Assembly (NCBI GenBank): GCA_032718475.1 | Contig: JAUCBJ010005661.1 | Location: 1-33,788 of the forward strand | Length of the DNA: 33,788 nucleotides | Direction of reading: 5' to 3' | From: Nemertoderma westbladi | Taxonomy: Eukaryota; Animalia; Xenacoelomorpha | Shown here: positions 1-9,200 of the stretch, in pieces | Position numbering within the stretch: the stretch's first letter is position 1 | How the letters are laid out: each line of letters opens with the position of its first letter | The notes under the pieces: generated by a model | Database searches by the model: none | Told to the model about the DNA's origin: nothing | Seen by the model: the letters and a program-made list of their open reading frames with translations, nothing else | Program-made: the position numbers and the translations under genes

Positions 1-739
1 ATTTCCCGAAAGCCAATAATATCTGTCAGAGATTAATTATTAACGATCTATCGAATAATACATTAGGTATACACTGCAACCTTACACTGTAATAATACAA
101 TTCAAGCATCCGAATTCAGTCTCCCGGGTGTAGATCCATCGGGTGAATGATCGCGCATGGGCTGACTTCGGCTAATGTTTTGCGTATTAGCATAAATTAT
201 TGTCGTATGCTAAAGTGGTTTTAATTAACGAAAAGACATATAAATTTTGGCAGGTTAAACTGCTAAAGGTCTTCGAAAGCGCGAACAAAAATACCTACCA
301 GAAACCAATCGAATTAATATCGAACGTAATTGTTTATATTTGTAATTAATTCGTAGTTTCAGTTTTACTACCGGTAGTCTCAATTGCAATGCCGCAGACT
401 TTGCTATAGAAAAATTCATATCACTGCGAAAGTTCGGAAATATAAATAAGGTAGGCCTACTTGTTATCGTCTCTGATCAGATTGCAGGACAGGATTTATG
501 TTACACGTTTGCATTTCCCGCTATAATCAAATTACAAAGATCATTGGTTTAAACGTATTGTATATTACAGTATTAGAATAAACGTATTGATTATTTTTTA
601 TTGCACAAAGCAGCCATGGTATTCCATGAAGCAGCAAAGATTCGTCAGTGTCCAGGTCTCACCCCCGTATAAAAGTACACTTATTATTGTGGCTCGAAAG
701 ATGGATTTATTGATATTGGTTTACACACGTACAGTCGTA

Positions 740-1132
740 CACCATGTCCTGGAATATAGTCTCGTTATTCAGGTACCTCCCCCCCCCCCAAAAAAAAAAA
801 AATTTCTGCAAATATTAATGGGATTGCATGAAATTAGAAACAGAGATAGTTTCACCTCCCTCCTCCTCCGTGGGAGAGCCAGAATTTTAATTTTTGCTTT
901 CAATCTTTAGCTACAAGCGTTTAAAAAAGGTGTCTCTGGTGATATTTCACCAGTTACACTCCAGTTATTATTCAACCTTATAATAAAAATTCTGGCACAC
1001 CCACGGAGGAGGAGGGAGGTGAAACTATCTCTGTTTCAAATTTCATGCAATCTCATTAAGATTTGTAGAAAAATTTGGGGTTGGGGTTGGGGCAGGTACC
1101 TGAATGACGACACTATATTCCAGGACATGGTG
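740..1132. mobile_element. Non-autonomous MITE (~393 bp) with long terminal inverted repeats and a TA target-site duplication, Tc1/mariner-like
   Basis: Left arm 740-~890 (CACCATGTCCTGGAATATAGT...GAAACAGAGATAGTTTCACCTCCCTCCTCCTCCGTGGG...GCCAGAATTTT) is the reverse complement, with a few mismatches, of the right arm ~985-1132 (...ACTATATTCCAGGACATGGTG). TA flanks both ends (738-739 and 1133-1134). The ~95-bp spacer is non-coding. The superfamily is inferred only from the TA flanks. Confidence 0.85.
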
Positions 1133-1322
1133 TACAGTAAGTAGTACAGCACAGGACGGCACCTTATAATTATAATTAATATATACTGTATATGCAAAAA
1201 CACATAATATAATAATACATACGTATCCTGGTATCGTATCCTGATAGCTATCCTGATCGGAAACACCGCTTCGATATTGGGAACCAGCGAATCATTAACT
1301 GAAGGCCTCTACGATATTTTAG

Positions 1323-1460
<138 letters not shown>

Positions 1461-1923
1461 GGACCCGCAACAGTTTTAGACGTTATGTATCAGAAAACAT
1501 TTACTTGTATTCGTTATAGAGAACTTGGACTCGTATTCGTTTATTTAGTTAATTTGATCTCCATTTCTACATGTATATATTTTTGTATTACTATATAATG
1601 TATAATACATACTGTATAACTAAATTAGAGCAATAAGGTTTGTGTCGCAACTGTTACGGACATAAGGAGAATCCCAATGTACGTACTGTAAAGTATAAGG
1701 CCTAGATAGATACAGTAACATAACAATAATTCAAATTGAGTTCAATATTTAAGTTACTGACGTGATTTTGGTGTATGTAAAGTATAAATTGTTACTCCTA
1801 GGCCTACAAAAACATAAATATGATACCCCTATGCTAAAGCTCACTTTACTTCGTGGCTCGCCCCAGACTTCATATAATTGAAATTTTTAGGTTAGGAGAG
1901 TTTATTATTTTTATTTTTAAGAA

Positions 1924-2060
1924 ATTGCTTAAATAAGCAATAAAATTAAAAGCGCTACACATATTCCTTATTTAAGCAACATTTGTCATTTTGAAAGATA
2001 TTGCTTAATTAAGCAAGGCATATAAGGTACGCATATAAGGTGCTTAAGGCAAGGCATATA
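1924..2060. repeat. Cluster of palindromic TTGCTTA/TAAGCAA motifs and short direct repeats
   Basis: ATTGCTTA-AA-TAAGCAAT at 1924-1941 and a perfect 16-bp palindrome TTGCTTAATTAAGCAA at 2001-2016. Half-sites occur near 1970 and 2041. GCATATAA occurs three times in 2018-2061. Confidence 0.55.
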
Positions 2061-2260
2061 ATATTTTCAAATGGAATAATTTGAGAACGCACATATAGAT
2101 TTTTTTGCGATTTCAACATCTTATGCAGAATTTTTCGCTCTTTCTTTTCATCAAATAAAATCCTGAGCGAACAATTTTTCGTATTTTTAAATTTAGATTT
2201 TGTAATCTGAAAAATAAAAAATTGCTTATGAATGGGAGAATCTTTTAGGCTCGTTAAGCC

Positions 2261-2701
2261 AAGGAATGCCTGTTCACCACCGTGGGTGATCTTCCACAGT
2301 AAACCCTTCCCCTCTGTTTCCTTAAGGAATTCCTGTTCACCACCGTGGGTGATCTTCCACAGTAAACCCTTCCACTATGTTTCCTAAAGGAATGCCTGTT
2401 CACCACCATGGGTGATCTTCCACAGTAAACCCTTCCACTCTGTTTCCTAAAGGAATGCCTGTTCACCACCATGGGTGATCTTCCACAGTAAACCCTTCCA
2501 CTATGTTTCCTAAAGGAATGCCTGTTCACCACCATGGGTGATCTTCCACAGTAAACCCTTCCACTCTGTTTCCTAAAGGAATGCCTGTTCACCACCATGG
2601 GTGATCTTCCACAGTAAACCCTTCCACTCTGTTTCCTAAAGGAATGCCTGTTCACCACCGTGGGTGATCTTCCACAGGAAACCCTTCCACTCTGTTTCCC
2701 A
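2261..2701. repeat. 63-bp minisatellite, 7 near-identical copies
   Basis: Unit AAGGAATGCCTGTTCACCACC(A/G)TGGGTGATCTTCCACAGTAAACCCTTCCACT(A/C)TGTTTCCTA starts at 2261, 2324, 2387, 2450, 2513, 2576 and 2639. Confidence 0.97.
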
Positions 2702-2734
2702 AGTTGCCTTGGTTCCCATTTATCGACCAAATTG

Positions 2735-2963
2735 CAGCCAATGTGGCTCCATCAATCCTGCAAACAGTGGTCAGTCGGTACAGCCAATGGGGCTCCATCA
2801 ATCCTGCAATCAGTGGTCAGTCGGTACAGCCAATGGGGCTCCATCAATCCTGCAATCAGTGGTCAGTCGGTACAGCCAATGGGGCTCCATCAATCCTGCA
2901 ATCAGTGGTCAGTCGGTACAGCCAATGGGGAATGGGGCTCCATCAATCCTGCAAACAGTGGTC
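2735..2963. repeat. 46-bp minisatellite, ~5 copies
   Basis: Unit CAGCCAATGGGGCTCCATCAATCCTGCAATCAGTGGTCAGTCGGTA starts at 2735, 2781, 2827, 2873 and 2919. The last copy has a 7-bp AATGGGG duplication and is truncated. Confidence 0.95.
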
Positions 2964-4450
2964 TGATAAATATAAATCTATATTCCGATCCAGCTCAGAC
3001 AGTCAGAGACAAACCAAATTTCGTAAAATGACCACAGCTTTTATTTCTAATATTCCCTATAGTACTTACTGATATGCTGGTATCTCCTAAAGAGGTTGTA
3101 TCGGCAGACTCACTATCTAGCAATAAGGCCTGTGTCCCTGATAATAAATTTGCTGAAAATATTTTATTTATTTCACCACGTTTGCATATATTTCTTAGTT
3201 TTTTTATTCACAACCTTTTTTATGGTTCGGTACACGGCAGCACGGATTTTTACCTTCGTCTATCATTGAATCTCATATTTTTCCAGTTTCAAAAGATAAG
3301 GGCGGTTTAGTAACTGATGATAATAACTACTGTACCGGCCCATTGCCCTATGTACAGTGTACAATTACAGGCAAACTATTCAGGATAATCGTTCTAGAAC
3401 GTATTAGTGACAAATTACTCACAACAGATAATCAATCTGGCTATACTGCTATAAGCGCAAATTGGGTACAGAACTGTGTGTTTACTCTATCAAGGAATTA
3501 ATCAATTACTTTCTACGTAAAGGTTCCAATCTTTTTTAGATGCATCTAAGGCCTTCGATACAGTAGGCTTATCCCATTCGCAACTACTTGACAAACTATT
3601 AGATAGAGGTGTTCCCGCTTACATACTACGTTATTGGTACCTAAATCAAACAGTGCAGGTCTTTTGGGATAGGTACCTATCAGATTCCTTTCATTGCACC
3701 AATGGGTTCGCAATATTCCTATATTATATTTTAATATTGCAATAATACAATATTTGGAGCCCCATTTTTTAAATATGTATACAACATATAATTTAAGTGT
3801 TAAATTGAGCGATTCTGGTTTGAGGTGCAGACTTTACCATATTTGTATTAACCACATTTTTTATGCCGATGTCATCTGCTTTATTTCTACTTCTCCAACC
3901 GCCTTGCAACAATTTTATATTAAACATTTGTACAAAGCAAACCTTGCCAATATAAATGATCTAAAGTTTAATAGTCTAAGAAATCAAAAAATGTATATTT
4001 TTACACTGTTGCTTCGTTATTATTTTTCTGAAATATCCATGTTTATTAATGGTGCTATTCTAGAACAGGCGGACAGGTATCGAAATACAAATACTTAGGG
4101 CAATATATTGCGTATGTATTTTCTGACGATATTGATATCCGCAATCAAACCGTGTTGATTACCGCGCAAGATGAAATGAATTCCTCCTTAGATCGTCTCA
4201 CGGTAACATTGTAATAATAATACAGTTCACCGGCTGTTTGTGTTTAAATACGATTGCAGTGCTAGTAATACAGTAAAATGCTCGTCAATCATCTAGGAAT
4301 TAACAATTTTATTCACATTATAACATTAGAAGATTTTCCATTTAGCTTATTTAATAGAGTGTATGCGTCCATTAACAATATTCTTTACAATATCCGTAAC
4401 GTTTGTTTATCTACATCTAAAATTTATGAGTTATATTCACGTTGTAGAGT
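2940..4450 (+). mobile_element. Decayed non-LTR retrotransposon (LINE) ORF2 reverse-transcriptase region with many frameshifts; clade unresolved (RTE-X/CR1/L2-like)
   Basis: RT motifs appear in the expected order across frames: EVVSA..LSSNKA (~3090); PVSKDKGGLVTDDNNY/RPIAL (~3280-3350); KLF...DNQSGY (~3370-3445); GTELCVYSIKELINYF; FLDASKAFDTV (~3533-3565); KLLDRGVP...WYLNQ...W....SDSF..TNG/VR (~3590-3710); INHIFYADV (YADD degenerated, 3862-3873); KYLG (~4090); SDDIDIRNQ (~4120). Boundaries are approximate. Confidence 0.88.
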
Positions 4451-5456
4451 AGAGTAATAAAGTATAATATAATATTATGTGCTATTACATTAGTTTATGG
4501 TTGTTTATATGGTCAAGTATACAGATCTGGAATAAATATAAAATAAATAAATTACCGGTGTTAGCGCATTTGACAAAAAACGTTCTTTCAATCTCAATTT
4601 CGTATATTTTGAATCTTTACTGACTGTGCCGAAATACATGCAGATAAGCTTTAACCGTCTAGTCTGATATAAAGAACGGAATGGCGCTAGTAGACTTTCG
4701 ACGAAGGGCCGCTCAATGTATCTGTTTATTCTACCCCTTTTTTCCCTTCTTATGTATTGATTTGCTCTATATTTCATTTAGTTCAATTAATTTTAGTTTA
4801 GTTATCTATTGTATTTAACGGAGATATGATACCTGGAGAGTGTGACAACACAGTACCGGTATAACAAGCAAATGACTGACTAATTAATTATGGAAGGACT
4901 CAAGTCTGGCAGCTGTGTTTCCCTTTAGGGGAAACGTATTGTTAACTTGCCCTTGGTCTAATTATATTGATATCGCTACAGTATTCAATTTGTGACAACT
5001 CCCAATCGTGATACAATTAATAATAGGAGCCAAAATGGTCTGAGATATCGCCATATATTAATTATTTAGTAAATCAGAGGTACGACAACACACAAATCTG
5101 ATGCAATTGTCCAGATTATCACTAATACTTAGTTATAGCGACCCACTTGTTGTGGCGTGTGTAAAATGTCTTTAATCTTGTAATATCGGCGATATATTAA
5201 GCAAATAGTAACAACAAATTGAGTTTACTTAGTAGAATATCAATAATAATAACGGACAAATATAATTCAATTATTAACAATTAGATTTAGACATTAGACC
5301 AGGACATGTAATAACTGCCAGTCAATAAAACCTGACTAGCGAGCTAAAGCCCTGCATGTGAGGTATAATTTCACTGCAGCGCAACATTTACACAGTGAAC
5401 AGCATTCAACCAACTAAGCTACATAATTATATTGAATTAACCGTGATAAAATGCTA

Positions 5457-5519
5457 CAGCCAATGGGAGGTAGAATATGTGTACAATGGCACTGATTGGG
5501 CGTTAAAACCCCTCATTGG
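5457..5519. promoter_or_regulatory. Cluster of three CCAAT boxes (candidate NF-Y promoter) ~700 bp upstream of the ABCC10 ATG
   Basis: CAGCCAATGG on + (CCAAT at 5460-5464), plus ATTGG at 5495-5499 (CTGATTGG) and 5515-5519. This is a motif match only, with no TSS evidence. Confidence 0.35.
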
Positions 5520-6209
5520 AACATGGCTTAACTGAAACAGTCGATATTATATCATAACCAACCTTATCAATAAAAAGTGTAACTTAAAATTAGTAAAATG
5601 AGTAATCTAAACGCAGAATTCATGAAGGCAGCAACAACGCCCGTTAAACTCGGAAATTGTAAAGAAAACTAGGCGTATTGTATAAAATTTTACAAATTTA
5701 AAAAAACTGTAAATTTGTGTAGGCTAGTCAGCTAGTACCGGTATTTTGTCAGTTTTTGCTAGTTATATCAGTAGGCCCTACCGGCAGACCGGTAGTTCAC
5801 TTATGTCAGTATGTTCTGATGTTTATTATTGATGAAATAGTGTAAGATATTTGTGAATATTGCGTTCTCATCAATTGCTTATGTCGGCTAATGTCCTATT
5901 TGTACAATTTGTATGCCGTATACTGGTATAGCCCGATATCATATAGCCTACCTTTTCATCCTGTCATTTATCAGTTTATATATCACTTACTGACTTACAG
6001 ACTTATACCTGTATACATACAGTTCAGCAGTTATAGTTATTGTTCAGTCAGTCAGTCAGTAGTTGTCAGTTGTATAGTAAGATACGTATCAGCGTTTAGA
6101 TAGACGGCCTACTGCTGTACTGAATACTGATCGATGGTAGATGGTAGGCCTATTTCATATTTCTTCGGTACATTTTGGATTGTAGGATTGGTGGACGATC
6201 TGAATTAAA

Positions 6210-9200
6210 ATGGCGGAATTTCTTGTGAAATTATGTGGAGATAATGGAACTTTAGATCTTTGGTCCAACGACTTTAATGATTTCCCGATTTGTATTAGGG
6301 ATATAGTATCCATAGCAATACATATCATAATGGTGGTGACGTCATGCTGTATATGCGGCTGTTCTCGACGGCTAATATCAACATCCAATAAATTTACAGT
6401 AACAACAAATGTGTCTTTATTTATAATTTCTACAATAATAGTTTTGGCACATATTTCCGCAGTCCTCGTCTACACATTCCATGGTAGTTTACCTCTTTCA
6501 ACTTCGATTAAAGAAACATTAATTATCGTTTCTTGGTTTTTAATCTCGCTAATATTCCTCCAACACTATAAAAAACTAGTGTTGGCATCACGCCTTTGGG
6601 TCATCTTGTTTTCCGATATCCTAATTCTCGTTGTTATGACTGCGGATCTTCGCTCAGCCATTCTCGACCTTCTCCCTCCACCCGGGAACCCGGAACTCCA
6701 CAAACTCCGACGATCTATCGCCATACTATCTTGGTTCCTGGTGCTGCTGTTTGGCCTCGCGTTGATCGCGGCCTTCGCCCACAACCGCCGTTTGATCCGC
6801 GCACCTCGGGGATTCAGTGCCATCAACTCGTTCTACACCAACGACCCCCAACCCGATTACAACCTCGGCACTGCCGAGGACGACGCCGTCTGTCTGTCCC
6901 ACTTACTGTTCCTATGGATACTGAAACTATTTAGTAAAGGCAGCCGCGGTTTATTGAGACACACCGACGACGTTTTCCAACTCCCTAGCGACATAAAAAC
7001 CGGGAATCTAGAAAATAAATTCCGCCAACATCTAAAAGGAAATCGTACTGTTGAAGTGGATAGCGATGTTATTTACAAGGATAGGCCCAAGGATTTATCT
7101 GTTTCGGGTTTATTTACGGCTTTCAACCGCGCCTTCGGCTGCCATTACTACTCCCTCGGTTTACTCAAACTCTTCGCCGATGTTGTTACTTTCTGCGGAC
7201 CGATTCTACTAAATAAACTGATAAACTTTATGGAGAACCGCGACGAACCAACCGCCAACGGCTACCTCTACGCCTCGGGGTTGACGCTTTCCGCGCTTAT
7301 TGGCGCTATCTGCGGCTCCCATTTCGACTACGGTATCAACAAGGTGGGTATTAAGATCCGGAGTTGCGTAACCTCTGCTGTTTACGAGCAGCTGTTCGCC
7401 GTGGCTCCGTCCACCCTGGGCCGATACAACCGCGGCGAGATCGCAAACTTTATATCAACGGACGGGGAGCGACTCACCAACTTCGCCGTGAGTTTCCACT
7501 CGATTGTGAGTTTGTTGTTCCAGATCTCGGTGAGTTTGTACCTCCTACACCAGCAGGTCGGGCTTAGTTTCCTCTGTGGGGTCGCGTTCTGCCTGCTAAT
7601 GATCCCGCTAAACTGGCTAATCACCAATAAAATAAAATATTACAGCGAATTAATGATGTCCAAAAAGGATAACAGAATTAATATCCTGTCCGAGTTGCTC
7701 TTAGGCGTTCGGATAGTAAAGTTTTATTCCTGGGAGAGATTATTCGACGGCAGGATCCAAAGGGAGAGGAAAGAGGAACTCCGTTGCCTCAAATGGAGGA
7801 AATATTTAGACGCTTTCTGCGTTTATTTCTGGGTCGTTACGCCGATATTTATGTCGGTATTTACCTTTATTACCTACGTTATGTTGGGTAACAGACTAAC
7901 CGCCGCCTCTGTGTTCACCACCATCGCGCTCTTTACTATCCTAAAGACCCCCATGAACGCGTTCCCTTGGGTTATTAACGGTATCGTAGAGGCGTGGGTT
8001 TCTCTTCAACGTATCAACGCATTTATCAAACTCGAGTCAATGGATTACACTCACTATTACGATGTGACGCGGCCCTATTGCGTTACTGAGACTCGTCCAG
8101 TCGCCATAGAGATAGTGAATGGTTGGTTCGCCTGGAAGACGGACAACCAACCGACAGACGGACTGGAGAGCCACGAGGTTCTCTTCTCCTTGAAAAATAT
8201 CCGACTTCGGGTTTGCGAAGGTGAGTTTATCGGGGTTGTAGGGAGGGTTGGCAGCGGGAAGTCTTCCTTACTCTCGGCTATACGCGGCTCTATGGACAAG
8301 GTGGCGGGGTCTGTCTGGGTGCCCAGACTGGCCGAGGGGTTCTCCTTCGTGTCGCAAGAGGCGTGGTTGCAACGGGGTTCCGTCCGCGCCAACATTCTCT
8401 TTGGGTCGCCGTACGAGCCGAACTTTTACGCTCGGGTTCTGTTCGCGTGCGCGTTGGAGACGGACCTGGCCACGTTGCCGCACGGCGACGCCACCGAGGT
8501 GGGCGAGAGCGGCGGGAGGCTGAGCGGCGGCCAGCGGGTCCGAGTTGCGTTGGCCCGCGCTGTCTACCAGCGGAAGCCCGTCTACCTGCTGGACGACGCG
8601 CTGGCGGCGGTGGACGCGCCGGTTGCGCGACACATCCTGCGTCACTGCGTCAACGGACTGCTCCGATTCGCCACGCGGGTCGTCGCCTCCAACCAACTCG
8701 AGTACCTGGACGCGGCGGACGTTGTCGTCGTCATGGACACCGGACGGATCTCCCGGACGTCCGGGGCGCTGCCGTCCGGGGACCCGCGGGAGTCCGACTC
8801 GCCGACGGAGTTCCTCGCTCCGTCCGAGTCCCCCGAGGAACTCGAGTTGCAGGCGGTCGGCGCGGTTTCCCTCCACGTCTACCGATTCTATTGGTTGGCG
8901 ATCGGTTCGGTCTGCGCCGCGGTCATCCTACTCGCTCTCACCGCGATGCAGACAACCCGGAATCTAACCGACTGGTGGTTAGCTTACTGGATCAACTCGG
9001 CCAACCAATCATCCGTCCCTAACCACTCGTTCCATCCCCATTCTACGTTCCCCGCCTCCCATCTCCGTTCCTACCAATCCTTTCTTCTCCGCTATTCCGC
9101 TAACCATCGATTCTCCCCTGTAGAAACCCCGGATAATTCTACGAAATTACACGAGGATTCTACCACCTTCTACCTCGTCGTTTACGGCTGTTTGGCCGCG

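Noticed and set aside
385-500. Possible degenerate upstream histone H3 exon (faint LR.VRKY / IA.QD-like words)
   Set aside because: It needs several frameshifts and the spacing does not match H3, so it is not distinguishable from chance.
1075-1092. (TTGGGG)3 ciliate-type telomeric repeat
   Set aside because: It has only three copies and is the counterpart of the poly-C tract in the other MITE arm.
587-1266. ORFs 587-910 (+) and 1036-1266 (-) with similar peptide ends
   Set aside because: The similarity comes from reading the two MITE arms. The starts are non-ATG and there is no protein homology.
2261-2963. CRISPR-like array
   Set aside because: The units are head-to-tail with no unique spacers, there are no cas genes, and the context is eukaryotic.
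3694-4098. 134-aa ORF as an independent gene or active reverse transcriptase
   Set aside because: It is one open segment of the frameshifted LINE relic, and the catalytic YADD is mutated to YADV.
4505-6103. Short ORFs 4505-4777 (-) and 5891-6103 (+), and a small ATG ORF at 5598-5672
   Set aside because: They are AT-rich, low-complexity translations with no recognisable family. A uORF role cannot be judged without a TSS.
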